DNA of 46,863 nt, from contig NC_068983.1 of the NCBI RefSeq assembly GCF_001194135.2, positions 140,198,524 to 140,245,386 of the forward strand, given 5' to 3'. The position numbers and the translations under genes were made by a program. Shown one piece after another: positions 1-12,916 of the stretch; the first letter of the stretch is position 1, and each line of letters starts with the position of its first letter. The stretch comes from Octopus bimaculoides. Lineage: Eukaryota. The notes below the pieces were generated by a model. It ran no database searches. It was not told the origin of the DNA and was given only the letters and a program-made list of their open reading frames with translations.

Positions 1-48
1 ATATATATATATATATATATATACATATATATATAATATGGGGGTTTA

Positions 49-1009
49 CTTCACTTGTTATCTAAACGACTCGGTACGCTACAGCAACGTATTACTATGG
101 CTCCAAGGTTATAGCCGAGAGGGTAGTTACGGAGCCATTGAACGTTTCCGGTATAGCAGATATATGTTAAAGAAGAGAACAACCGTTATGGCAAGGCAAA
201 TATCTCAGGTCATATACATTATTATTATTGGAAACAAATTCAAAGTCTTACAGATGTTTTGAGGATATCCCAGAGTAAGGGATATTCAGTCATCGGAAAC
301 AAATACGGAAAATGAGAAGGGTATAGATTAATGAAACGATGACACAGAGGACAAGAATAATGGAATAAGGAGATGAAGAAAGAGGAGAAGGGCGAAGCAT
401 AAAAGTCCACAGTATAACTTTCCGATCTTGTATACATAAATCCATAAGTCCTTAGGTGCAATCCTGCGTAAATCCATATGGGCTGAGCCACCTATGCTAC
501 CATTCTGTTATTTAGCATTGATTTGTTTGCGTTTTTTTTTCCTGGATATTTACGCTGATATATCAGGACTTTAACCCACATGGATTTACGCAGGTAAGCA
601 CCTAGGGAATTATGAAATTATATCTACACGATCGGAAAACTGAACAGTGAACATTTATGCATCTTTTTCCTTCTCTTTCTTCATCTCCTTATTCCTGTAC
701 TCCTGTCCTCTATGTCGTCATTTCATTAATCTATGCTCTTCTCATTTTCCGTATTTGTCTCCGATGACGGAACATCCCATAATCGAGAATATCCCAGAAA
801 CAGCTGCACGGCTTTGAATAATTTTTCCTATAATAATAACGTATATGACTTGAGATATTTGCCTTGCCATAACGGTTGTTCTCTTCTTTAACATATATCT
901 GCTATACCGGAAACGTTCAATGGCTCCGTAACTACCCTCTCGGCTATAAGCTTGGAGCCATAGTAATACGTTGCTGTAGCGTACCGAGTCGTTTAGATAA
1001 CAAGTGAAG
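49..1009. mobile_element. Foldback / long-TIR MITE-like non-autonomous DNA element (arms ~49-482 and ~575-1009, ~92-bp spacer), flanked by TA
   Basis: The right arm is the reverse complement of the left (CTTCACTTGTTATCTAAACGACTCGG... / ...CCGAGTCGTTTAGATAACAAGTGAAG). TA lies at 47-48 and 1010-1011. ORFs 38..262(+) and 742..1029(-) give nearly the same peptide only because of the inversion. Confidence 0.8.
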
Positions 1010-1763
1010 TAATATATATACACACGCATATATCCATATATATATATATATATATATATTTATACGCACACACAGACACACGCAGACACACAAACACACG
1101 GACACACACACGCATATATATGTACNNNNNNNNNNNNNNNNNNNNNNNNNNNNNNNNNNNNNNNNNNNNNNNNNNNNNNNNNNNNNNNNNNNNNNNNNNN
1201 NNNNNNNNNNNNNNNNNNNNNNNNNNNNNNNNNNNNNNNNNNNNNNNNNNNNNNNNNNNNNNNNNNNNNNNNNNNNNNNNNNNNNNNNNNNNNNNNNNNN
1301 NNNNNNNNNNNNNNNNNNNNNNNNNNNNNNNNNNNNNNNNNNNNNNNNNNNNNNNNNNNNNNNNNNNNNNNNNNNNNNNNNNNNNNNNNNNNNNNNNNNN
1401 NNNNNNNNNNNNNNNNNNNNNNNNNNNNNNNNNNNNNNNNNNNNNNNNNNNNNNNNNNNNNNNNNNNNNNNNNNNNNNNNNNNNNNNNNNNNNNNNNNNN
1501 NNNNNNNNNNNNNNNNNNNNNNNNNNNNNNNNNNNNNNNNNNNNNNNNNNNNNNNNNNNNNNNNNNNNNNNNNNNNNNNNNNNNNNNNNNNNNNNNNNNN
1601 NNNNNNNNNNNNNNNNNNNNNNNNNNNNNNNNNNNNNNNNNNNNNNNNNNNNNNNNNNNNNNNNNNNNNNNNNNNNNNNNNNNNNNNNNNNNNNNNNNNN
1701 NNNNNNNNNNNNNNNNNNNNNNNNNNNNNNNNNNNNNNNNNNNNNNNNNNNNNNNNNNNNNNN

Positions 1764-1811
<48 letters not shown>

Positions 1812-1900
1812 CGCACACACAGACACACGCAGACACACAAACACACGGACACACACACGCATATATATGTACACACACAGATACATATACATGAACACAC
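1010..1900. repeat. (TA)n/(CA)n compound microsatellite spanning an N gap; gap flanks duplicated
   Basis: TTTATACGCACACACAGACACACGCAGACACACAAACACACGGACACACACACGCATATATATGTAC occurs on both sides of the gap (~1058-1125 and ~1806-1872). Confidence 0.9.
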
Positions 1901-3289
1901 ATACGTGCATAAATCGATCAGTTTCTCAAGTAATAGCATTACTAAATGCCCATTTCTGCCACTTTGTCTTCGTCGGTCACAAGTGTCCACCGGCGAGTGC
2001 AGGCTAAGACACAATGCACCTTCACTCGACGGAAAACATGTAACATCTTAGTTAGCCGGCAGGCTAAATAAAACTTCATTATGTTATACTGAATTGAAGG
2101 TTAAGAATTTAGTTTGTAAAAGGAAATAACATAAAATTTATGGTCAGTGACTCGAGTGAAATAAAAGTCATTTAGACTGGTTCCTTGAGATGGGGTGGTG
2201 AGGATATTATACTATACTTAGAAAAGTGGGTAGCCGGGAGAGGACCGAAAATACAGTAAGGATAAAGAATAAAGAATAGTAATGTAAAAGTGAATAAAAA
2301 TGTAAGTACATAGATTAAGCCAATTAGGTATATGGTCGGTGTTTAAGATTCGCTAGCTATGGCTAAAGATTACGTTGAGAGGAGGGCAAAAATACCACAG
2401 ACTTTTGGGGGTATTTAGTGCATTTAGACTGAATGTTGGGGTTGGGGAAGTGTATGAAGGAAACTAAATGATTACTTCTAACTATTGTGGAATTGTAGTG
2501 TTTTGTGCGATGGATTTATCTGGTAAGGGAGAAAGATGTAGGATGTTGTTATAGATACGAATATGTTATATGGGATAGTGGAGACCACTTCTAATATGAG
2601 TACATGTGTGCCTGGAAAGAAATTATAACGTTAAGAAATAAAGTGTCGGGAAATATCTGGTAGCAACTTGTCATTAAAGAGTTCAAAGAACGAGGGGATT
2701 ATGTAATAAATTACACCTAGTTCCGAGTTAGAGGAAATATCATCAGATCGGATAGCAAAGTAAGGCAGAAGTTGGAAGCAGTCTATTGGTTATCAAACTG
2801 GAATGTTATACAGGTGGCGTTGATATTATTTAATTGAATAGTATAATCACCATTGTGTGAATCAGATATTGCAACTCTGACCAATAGTCGCGGATTAGAG
2901 GATTGGATAATTTGCGCAGTACGAATTAGTCTATGTATGTAGGTACAAGGTTTACTCATTTAGTGGAATTGGAGAAAAAAAACTGGCTAGGCTATGAAGG
3001 CTGCGACTTTTAGGTTAGATACTATCGCGATCGCTTATGCATAATAATGAGCAAACCAAAAATGGAATTATTAGTTCCTTAAATATCGCCTACTATGCAA
3101 GTAATGTCATTGGGGTTATATAGTATGAGTGGTTAGGAAATAATGGTAAAGAAGAACGAGAATAGATGGACTCAGACGATTAAACAAATCAATTGACTTT
3201 TGGGTCAACATAAGAGGGAGTATATTTGATTGGTTCTAATTTAGGAGTTATTACACTGGTTGTTTAATGTAATTAAAATATTTAAACGT

Positions 3290-3660
3290 GTGGGTAGCCT
3301 AATGTTTACAAGAAAGACGAAGGTCTAGATTATTATTCATTAGGTTTTCACTATTTGATCTCTTTCAAGCTTCAAACAACTCCATGCAGCAAAATCTGCA
3401 CCAGTATCTACTGTTTGAGAACGGTTTAGCGACTCTAATGATGTCCCATTTCTATTGAAATTTAAACATTGCCGTAGTAAGTTCCCAAACCTTTGTCGTT
3501 AGAGAACTACTTCCTGCCCTACGTCTTAATTCAAAGAATAAATAGTGGTTGCATAAGTGTTGCTTCAGATTTACAGAGCAGCCGATATAAGTATAAGTAT
3601 TAGTCTCATGGTAAGCCACGACAGACTTCAGCCACCTCTTTGCCGTATTCTTGGGATATT
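3290..3660 (-). mobile_element. Penelope-like element, degenerate GIY-YIG endonuclease C-terminal region
   Basis: The minus strand reads YTYIGCSVNLKQHLCNH...SLTTKVWEL...KFQ*KWDIIRVAKPFSNSRYWCRFCCME...LMN...SCKH. This matches the YIG / R..NH / KW.I...AKP / C.LC..E / C.H motif order of Penelope endonucleases. Confidence 0.7.
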
Positions 3661-3679
3661 CCATTGTATTTTGAAATTA

Positions 3680-3850
3680 TATTTTCTACAGTAGGCATAG
3701 GGCCTGAAATATTGAGGGGAGGGGGCCAGCCGATTAGATCGACCTCAGTACACAACTGGCACTTAATTTTTCAACCCCGAAATGATGAAAGACAAAGTCG
3801 ACCGCGGTGGAATTTGAACTCAGAACGTAAAGACAGACGAAATACTGCAA
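3680..3850 (-). mobile_element. Octopus-type tRNA-derived SINE (partial)
   Basis: GATGAAAGACAAAGTCGACCGCGGTGGAATTTGAACTCAGAACGTAAAGACAGACGAAATAC is homologous to the copies at 37387-37616 and 40590-40822; reverse B-box-like GAGTTCAAATTCC. Confidence 0.8.
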
Positions 3851-6800
3851 TGAAGTTATGTTCTCATTTTTTTATTTTAAAAATGCGTAAGAAACAGTTG
3901 TTATGAGATGACATCCGTCTTATGTTATTATTCATTGGATTAATATATATATNNNNNNNNNNNNNNNNNNNNNNNNNNNNNNNNNNNNNNNNNNNNNNNN
4001 NNNNNNNNNNNNNNNNNNNNNNNNNNNNNNNNNNNNNNNNNNNNNNNNNNNNNNNNNNNNAATTTGTTAAATCCGAAACTAGTTCCTGTTTAATAATGCT
4101 TTTTTAGGTGATTTTAAATGTCTTACCCGCTCACGTTTTTGGTATGCTGCTATATTTCATGTTGAGAACATTTTAGGTCTTAATAGACACAAGATGTGAT
4201 CTATTTCTAGCGCATTAATTGTCCGCGTTAGTGGTCGACGTTATTTTTAAAAAATGTACCTTAATCCCCTGAGATTGCAGATAATATTTCTGAATCTCTT
4301 TGATACTTTAGACGTGCTGGCCTCCTGATAATTAATCGATATTAATTAATATATGACTAATTACCAGATTTTATAATTATATATATATATACTCCAGGCG
4401 GTTCTTTACAAGTAGTCAGTTGTTATAATCCGGGCTGTGGTCAACTGCATCGACTTGTACGAGGCAACTGGGATTACTTAAGTTGCACAATCACACTGAA
4501 AATAATCCGATGGGTAATTCCAAGCTCTGCTTCGCCCGATTACGAGTATTTTACTAAGTTTATATTCAAGACAATTACAATGAATACAGAGATTAGTAGG
4601 CGTACACCTACATGTGTTTTATTTCTATAGTCAATTATACGTGGTCCTACGTACATTTCCACTGCATAGCTAGCAATTGCATTTACATCTAACTATTTTC
4701 CACGGGTATTAATATTATGCAACTTTATTTAAGAGCTGGCCACTGATGTGCTTCTAAGGGAACTTAACGTTTGCAGTCTCGGATGGTGTTATTTTCAAAG
4801 ATTGCTCTCGTTTTTGATTGACGAAATGTGAGTGTAATATTTGAAAACCTGATACGTCTATAAAAACTGCTATAACCTTATTCTGGCCTCCGCTCTTTGC
4901 TTTGAAATGAGAATGCTAGACTTTTAATTAGATGAAAGTATGTTTTTTAAAACCATCGCCTTAATTGGATAGTAATACACATATGTATATGGCATTTATT
5001 AATTCTAAAATAACAATATCATGTGGGGAACGTTTTTCTGCAATATATTTTCACCGTGGTTGATTTCCATGGATTTTCATCATAAATCGACTGGTTCTGA
5101 AATGTTTCAATAATGCTACGTAAAATTTCGAATTTCCCTTTGCACGTTTCTTTTCTTTTAATACGCCTTGTACTCCACTGATTGTGTCAGCGTGACATTG
5201 CAATGCACTCTATGACTGATTATAGCTATCCTAAAGAATCACCAACATCTTTTATGCTGTGAAAGCTTCCAGATGTCAAACATTTTAGGGTTTTTTATCC
5301 TAAGGAAGCAGATTTCGTCAGTAGATCACTCAAACGTCTACAACAGTACTGTTAGTATACATTTATTTCGGTATATTGCCTTTTAAAGAAAGCTCCTGGT
5401 TGCAGCATATGATGGTGTGTGTAATATCTGTCATTATTTGCTCAACTTTTGTTCAAATATAATGAATTTATAGTTATAGATATCTAGGTAACTTTTGAAT
5501 TATTTTGTAGAATAAAAAGCATAGATAAAACATTAATGTTAACAGTTTTAATGTAGGAATCAGTTCCCACAACTCTGATATTCTTGTATGTATATTTGTC
5601 ATGTCCAGACTACATTCAGTATATTAGTTAACAAAGCTAGTTTGTAAACTATGCAGATTTTCAGGTAGTTAATAGATGTAATATCAATTTTATTTTTGTA
5701 AAAAAAAAACCCGTAAAAGTAGATTTACAGTAATGTCTCTTTGGTGTGTTCCTTATAGCTCTAGTTATAATAATTTTCTTTCGCCAACCGTGAAGAACCT
5801 GGCAACATCATTGACAGATCATGGAATTAGCTACAGTAGAGTGAAGTTTCCCGGCGTGCAATCGTTACAAGTGCAAGTTGGTAGCAAAACCCCAAATCTA
5901 TTTGTAACCAAGCCAGTTTATTAACATATTTCCAATTATATTTGCTTTCAGAGAGTGCAGATTAGTTTAGCATTGTGCTGTATATTACTACACGTCTTCC
6001 TGCATGTGCGTTTTTCAGTCTTGTTGAATTTACAATGTTCTTAGAGATAATGCCTTTAAAAAGATTTTTCGAAGCTAATGCACAACTTAAAAGTCAAAGT
6101 AAGCTTATCGTTTACAGTCGAGTGCTTTTACTCTTAAATACAAAGTTTGTTTTTGTAATGCTACGAATGAATTTTTTTTTCTTTTTCAGTTGTGTCTTGT
6201 ATACCTCTCTCTTGTACGGGTATGCAGCCGACTGTTAAATCCTTCTACGATGTTTTTTATAAAACAGCTATTTGAAGTATTTAGTTAAACGTCTGCAATG
6301 AGTGTCTATATTCTACTTTTGACGTTACAAAAGGTTTCATGATTACATATACCAATTCTGGTACTATTTACTAAATGATTCAAAATTTTCGGCTGACAGG
6401 ATTATTTTATGGAGATATAAAATATTTTCATCCCATTATACAACACATGGATTCGAATCAGAGCAATAGTTGAGGTTGCCTAGTTAAACTAGTAATTGTT
6501 GATAATGTATAATCCCATTGAAAGTTTTATGTTGAGATTCTCTTCATTGTAGAAAATAAATGTGTTTACAAGATATATTTAGAACATTGTCTATTAATTG
6601 TTGCCCGATACCGCTAAATAATTACAAAATTTTCAAAACCAAGCGGCGACGTTAATATTTTGCACACATTTTGTTATGCACTAGTAACTTCTCCCATGGA
6701 AGGTATTTATCCAGCGTGCATCAGAATGATATCGGGGTTCATGATAGCATTGATCATTTCGAATTTATTTCAGCGTATAACTTCACGGTCTCAACTGAAA

Positions 6801-7197
6801 TCTTCAAAACATTTCACCTCGAGAATGATTTCAAATCGAAACATGTCTATTATATGAAGACGTTTTTAATTTTAAAAGGTTGTTATATTTTTGTCAACCT
6901 GCGAAATTAGCTATTTGAATATTTTGTACCTATTGACTAGTTAGGAGAAACCCCATCCGAATACGATTTTAAACAGTGGTACGATTTTAAACTGACGGCA
7001 AGAAATTAGCAACATTTGATTTACACTTTGTGCATGAGTGATAGTGTAACGCTGTCGTCAGAAAACTCAATATAGCTCTTGCTATCTGTCCCAAACATTT
7101 TTCTGACACAACAGCTTCGCAAAGACACACACGTACACACACATAAACATACATACACACACAACCAGCCAAATACACACACACAGAATCACACACA

Positions 7198-7239
<42 letters not shown>

Positions 7240-7352
7240 TAGATATATAAGAAATAATTAATATTCATTTGAGCTAGTTATTTAATTTGAAGTACCAAAT
7301 CAGTCTGATATTATCCGTAGAGCTCGAAGTAAGGTGAATAAAAAGCGAATAA

Positions 7353-7593
7353 GTAACAAGGATGTCAAGGTATTAGTGCATTACGGTCGTTTCAGTCGGC
7401 TCCATTTAATCGAACAATGTAAGCATTACATCAATTTCAAATACACTGCCATATTCGGATGAGTAATATATGTTTTCCAAAACCTGTATTATGTATCCGA
7501 AGACGGTGGTGTATATTTCAAATTGATGTAATGCTTGCAATGTTCGATTAAATGGAGCCGCCTGAATGCACTAATGCTATGACACCTTGTTAC
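7353..7593. mobile_element. ~240-bp hairpin MITE-like element
   Basis: The termini are GTAACAAGG / CCTTGTTAC. Arm GGCTCCATTTAATCGAACAATGTAAGCATTACATCAATTTCAAAT pairs with ATTTCAAATTGATGTAATGCTTGCAATGTTCGATTAAATGGAGCC. Confidence 0.75.
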
Positions 7594-7608
7594 AAACACA
7601 CACAAACG

Positions 7609-7668
<60 letters not shown>

Positions 7669-7808
7669 CACACACGCACACACATATATATATAAACAAC
7701 TCTCTTTCTATCAACCATATCCACTCACAAGATTTTGGTCGGCCCGTGGCTATAGTAGAAGACATTTGCCCAAGATGCCATGCAGTGGGGTTGAACCCGG
7801 AACCACGT
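7594..7808 (-). mobile_element. SINE 5' part (second octopus family) with its internal (CA)n tract
   Basis: ATCCACTCACAAGATTTTGGTCGGCCCGTGGCTATAGTAGAAGACATTTGCCCAAGATGCCATGCAGTGGGGTTGAACCCGGAACCA is homologous to 40410-40505. Confidence 0.75.
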
Positions 7809-10209
7809 TCTATCAATAAGTAGATTCATATGAGATTCTACAGCATTTATCTTGCTGCTTCTTTCAGAAAGTCTATTTATCCATTAATATATTTATTGCC
7901 GTTAACATTTTTATGTTGCGTTTCATGAGATAATATTTTTGTGTAGATGGGATTTATTTACGAAAATAAGCTATTGAAATGTATCGAGTAACTTTTCTAC
8001 ATCTTCAATATCTTTGAATTCACTTCGTTATACAAATTTGTCATACAAATTTGGCAACATTTCCTAATATCTAAGCGTCTTGTTATCTAGAAATGTTTGC
8101 TTTAGTGGTAGATATTATCCTTTGACATTCTCATTCGTAGTGTTCCATCGACTGTTCGCCATCTACTGTGCAAAACATTACTTTACAACATTTATTTTTA
8201 GCACTGCTTTGGATTCGGGATTATTTTTACTGAGTTCTTTGTGAAATTGTTTTAGGACGGAAGGTAAACGTTTTTCGTCTAAACATTTTCTTGCACAACT
8301 AGGGTTTCGATGCAATTTTGTCAGAATATGTTCCCTTGGGTAGTCTTTCATTTCAGATACTTCATTGTGATATTATTTTATATTTACTGCAATTCCTTTC
8401 CGCTTCATTTATGTTTTCTTTTCTGGTCATTAAGAGATACCATCTCTTCTATGCTGCATTTTATTCATAAACACACTAATACCTTGACACCCTTGTTACT
8501 TATTCGCTATTTATTTACTTTCCTTCATAAAAAAAACATGCTTTCATTGCACACTCACATATACGCACACCCATGCACACATACATCCTCCAAAAGTATA
8601 TCTATATACATATGTCGGTTTTTCCATGTTCAAATTGTCTTAGATCTTCGTACGTGAGGAGCATTAAAATATGAAATTTCAGAAGGCGAATAAGTTGGTG
8701 GTGGTCGCTGTTGGTGTAAATTAAACTGAGAATTTGTTAAGGTTGGATACTTTCGTTCAGGAAAAGAGGGTGAATGTTACGTAACGAACTAATACTTCTT
8801 CTCACAGTTCAAGTAAAAAGATATTTTGTAACTGAAATGTTGGTAGGTTAGTTTATGCAGAAGTAGGATGCAGCCACCAAGTTGGAACAAAATACAAATT
8901 ATTACTATCATATATTGAAAACTTAAGCAGAAAGGAATAAAAGAAGACAATCGTCCAGGTACTACGAAATTAGAAACATAAAAAGAATCTGTCAAAAAAT
9001 GTTCATTCCTGAAACAGAGGTTTTCGCTGCTCACTTCTGTCTAACCTATCGAAACACATGTCTCCAGAGAATTACACAGTATGCTGACAAACTTACCTTT
9101 TATTTATTTGGTAGTGTAAGTGAAACGCAATACTGCCACCGGTTAAGTTTTCCACAAATACAATCAATTGCTTACCATTTCTGCGAAAGAAGTCGACGAA
9201 GGGTGATAATGTCTGTAACTCGGCATTGAAAGGATCTCAAAAACGATACATAGTTAAGAAAGCTCTGATTTATCGTAATGTACAATTTTGCTTACATGCA
9301 TCAATGAAGATACACACACAAACATACACATATAGAGCACATTCACACTACTATGCACATATGTATGACTTTATATACAGTGATTTGGTAGATTTGACAT
9401 CAGAGTGCCGAGTTACAAACGAAGCTATTTAGCCTGCATTGTGTAAAAGTTGGAAGATATTTGTTCATTCGAGTCATGGAGAGAACTCGATGCAGATTAC
9501 AAAGTAACTTCAAAGTGGAAGTTTTAAGTAATAGCCGAAGGAATTTCAAATATGAAACAAATCAATTGGGTGCTTTCAGTTGATAAATTAACGACTAACA
9601 ATTCACGCACATATACACATACGAACATACATATATACACACATCACAAACGCACACGCACAAACTCACACATCTGTATGAGTGTATGTGTGAGTGCGAC
9701 TGAAAGCCTGTGTGTGTTTATATGTACCATAAATGTATGTATATATATATTTATAGGAAATTTACCTGGAAATGCACCATCAGCAGGAAACAGCCTTGTA
9801 TTTTAAATAGAGATATTCGTAATCTGCCTGGATATTATATTCCTCCCTTGTATGTTTGTATGTATGTATGTGTATATAAATATAAATATATATNNNNNNN
9901 NNNNNNNNNNNNNNNNNNNNNNNNNNNNNNNNNNNNNNNNNNNNNNNNNNNNNNNNNNNNNNNNNNNNNNNNNNNNNNNNNNNNNNNNNNNNNNNNNNNN
10001 NNNNNNNNNNNNNNNNNNNNNNNNNNNNNNNNNNNNNNNNNNNNNNNNNNNNNNNNNNNNNNNNNNNNNNNNNNNNNNNNNNNNNNNNNNNNNNNNNNAT
10101 ATATATATATATATATACTGTTTAAATGTATCGATTCCAATCACAGGTTGTACGTTAATTGGAAGTGGCAGTTGAATGCAATTGTTTAATTATTAATATA
10201 TTAATCTTA

Positions 10210-10345
10210 TAATTCAGTCGAGGTCAACTTTTCCATTTATTCTTTGGCTTTGACAATATAAGTACGAGTTGGTTACTGGGGGTCGATTTAGTCGATTTAC
10301 CTCTCCTCCTAAAATGCTGACCTAATGCCCATACTTGTAACCAGT
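10210..10345 (+). mobile_element. Degenerate SINE fragment
   Basis: AATTCAGTCGAGGTCAACTTT...TAAGTACGAGTT...ACTGGGGGTCGATTTAGTCGATT is a diverged reverse complement of the 37387-37616 family. Confidence 0.55.
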
Positions 10346-11487
10346 ATGTAAATATGCATTAGAGTGATATCGAACCTATATATATAGGATTGCGAAAGAC
10401 TTTTCTTCACCACTTACTCATAGAAACGTTTTTGACTCTACTCCGCTTAGTGCAGAGATTAGTCATTTTATCGTAGTGATGTTCATATATGTCTGCTATA
10501 TGTTTATATTATGTATCTCATAGGAATAAAACTTCTGACAATTTTAATATTTTTACAATTTCCACCTTTCGATAATTGGTATATTGAACAGTTGCAACTT
10601 TAGTTATTACTTCTCTCAGATCTTTTTTCAGATTCGATTGTGTTCATATTTCCATTCATGATACATTGTAGTGATGTTGGTATTTGGCTTCATGGTGATT
10701 TGCTATTTACTTTTGTTGCTGCTTACACTATGTGTGTATCTTCGTGATTTATGATCACAATTTTTTTTATGTTCAATGTTTTTAGTTTTGCTATTTATAG
10801 TTGTAGCGTTTCTTTAGCATTTTCCCTGCTGTAGTTTGTTTTAATGTTTTGATTTAATGCGTAATATCTTTTGGGTTTAGGTATCAATCGTCTTAAATTA
10901 GCTAAGCTCTTGGTTAGTTTTCCTCAGATATTTTTTGCACATATTGTAGTAGTCCTCTTTGTCGTTCTTTTTAAATGTTTTTTTTTTATTTTGATTGCAG
11001 CTGCAAAATATGCATTTGTGACGAAGTATTTATCTAGATTCGACTTGTGCAGTTCCTGCTACATTTCCAACAATTTGGAATTTATCTCCGGCATATATAT
11101 AAATTTTCATTAATCTCATTGAGTATCATTGCTTAATAGCTGATGTAGCAGCAAATTGTATGATCTATATTTCGTATTTGTCACACTTCAAAGTAAAGAT
11201 TCAAACTTTACGTAAATATCCAGCGTAACTTTTTTTTAACATGATTAAATTTGACATCGACTCGTATAATTTATAGCTCACGTATTTAGCGATTATTTCA
11301 TCACTATTTATGATATGTTGGTTGTGACGTATGCTTTCTGAAGAGATCTTATATAAAGCTTGAAATGGGGAGAGTGTTGTGTCACAAACCTAGCGAATTG
11401 TCACTGAGATAATGTCGGTTTTCCCTCATCAAACTGATATCCTGATTTTATTTTCTGATGCGAAATACATTAAATAGATTAATATAC

Positions 11488-11679
11488 TTATAGATATTCC
11501 TCCCATTCACACTTGAGTCCAATGAAGTGGTATTCATTTCTTGGATAAACTTGTTCAATTTTAGCTAAATCTGCATGGTGATAATTTGATTTCTGCTTCG
11601 TTTGTATGTTTACATATAACGGACAGTTTGCAATTAGTGCTAACATTACTAATACATAAAACATGAGGAGCAATGTCAT
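11488..11679 (-). CDS. Candidate small ORF (63 aa) with signal-peptide-like N-terminus; unverified
   Basis: MTLLLMFYVLVMLALIANC precedes a polar, non-repetitive segment. No family is recognised, and ORFs of this length arise by chance. Confidence 0.15.
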   Translation of the reverse strand: MTLLLMFYVLVMLALIANCPLYVNIQTKQKSNYHHADLAKIEQVYPRNEYHFIGLKCEWEEYL

Positions 11680-12108
11680 TCAGAAAATAGACTATTATGT
11701 TTCTTACTCCTATATTTATCACCATTTTCGTTAATTTTCTTCATTATAATTTCATTGATGTTAATGGATATTTTCCAAGTGATGAGTAATGCTTTTTGTC
11801 AATAATCAGGTCAGCTGCTTTAGCGTTTTTATAGCTATCATGCAAAATGCAGTTATTGAAATATGTGGTCACAGCCTTTTAATTCCCGATATCAAAATTG
11901 CCGACGTCTTTTCTCTGACGCAAATAAATTATACGAACACCGTGCTCTAGCAGATACTTCTCCTTCAGTTTGATACCAACTGTTCTGCTGCTTCACACAT
12001 GCGTAGAATTGTGCTGAAATAGCAGACGGATAAAATAACAGACCACCGTCAGAAAATCCGACATGCTAGAAATAACAGGTAAATGGCAATATATCTGAAG
12101 AAACTTAC

Positions 12109-12123
12109 CTGATTTCCACACAG
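12109..12123 (-). CDS. Candidate 15-nt microexon; unverified
   Basis: Minus strand: ...TTCCGATATTTCACTTTTAG|CTGTGTGGAAATCAG|GTAAGTTT. Confidence 0.15.
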
Positions 12124-12916
12124 CTAAAAGTGAAATATCGGAAGTTGGAAGCTTTTTGAAAGTAGTGATGTGATGGGTGGATATTTGGGAAAGATATTTT
12201 AGTGTTTCTTTAAGAAAATGGAAGAAGAAAATACTTAAAGATTCGTACTACCTTTCATTTTCCCTGTGGTTTACGCAGAAAAAAAGTTTGAGAAAAGTAA
12301 AATTGAAGAAATTGGTGTGTGTATGTGTGTGTGTGAGTGTTTGTGTGTGTGNNNNNNNNNNNNNNNNNNNNNNNNNNNNNNNNNNNNNNNNNNNNNNNNN
12401 NNNNNNNNNNNNNNNNNNNNNNNNNNNNNNNNNNNNNNNNNNNNNNNTAGGGGGAATTAAGATATTGAGAACGTGTTCTTTTGGCGCAATTCTAATCTTC
12501 TGTATCGAAAACTTAGGAATCCGGGAAAAATTAAGATAAAAACAACAGTGGGGGCGGTGAAAATGCTACCTTGGACATGCTAGAAACAAAAGGTAAAGCA
12601 TAGGGTTTCTGGGAATACACCCGTTTAAGTTTATACCGAAGATCAGGTTTTTAAATACTCCCATCACAAACACAGATTACAGAATAGAAGTAGGTAATTT
12701 CAATTGGATTTGAGCTGTAATTTTGCGCGTGCACACAGCAAGAGATAACATAATTAGTTTAGAAGATTTACCTAGAGCACGTGTGTTCCAGAGGAAGTTG
12801 TTTTACGGTATCCTTTTGTCTGAAGCAGTAAAGTTTTCAACTCGATGATGTGGTCGATTATATTCGATATGTTTGTTCGTTAATCACCGTATTTTTTTTT
12901 TTGTTTATGTTTTCAG

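Noticed and set aside
38-1029. Two near-identical ~75-95 aa ORFs on opposite strands
   Set aside because: They are a by-product of the inverted repeat, with no recognisable domain or coding signal.
944-2014. Long ORFs of 295-356 aa around the first gap, and similar ORFs at 9.7-10.2, 19.2-19.6, 40.1-40.5 and 41.7-42.6 kb
   Set aside because: They are open only because of N runs and (TA)/(CA) microsatellites; the products are low-complexity YI/HT/CV repeats.
2200-3280. Separate CR1/L2 endonuclease relic (CIVGDI-like word)
   Set aside because: It is a single weak motif among many stops; the tract is better left as unassigned sequence downstream of the Penelope relic.
6189-11025. Cys-rich plus-strand mini-exons (VSCIPLSCTG at ~6189, GKEGECY at ~8761, CKICICDE at ~11001)
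   Set aside because: They are very short with weak donors; TGT/TGC codons are common in TG-rich DNA, and no coherent domain can be assembled.
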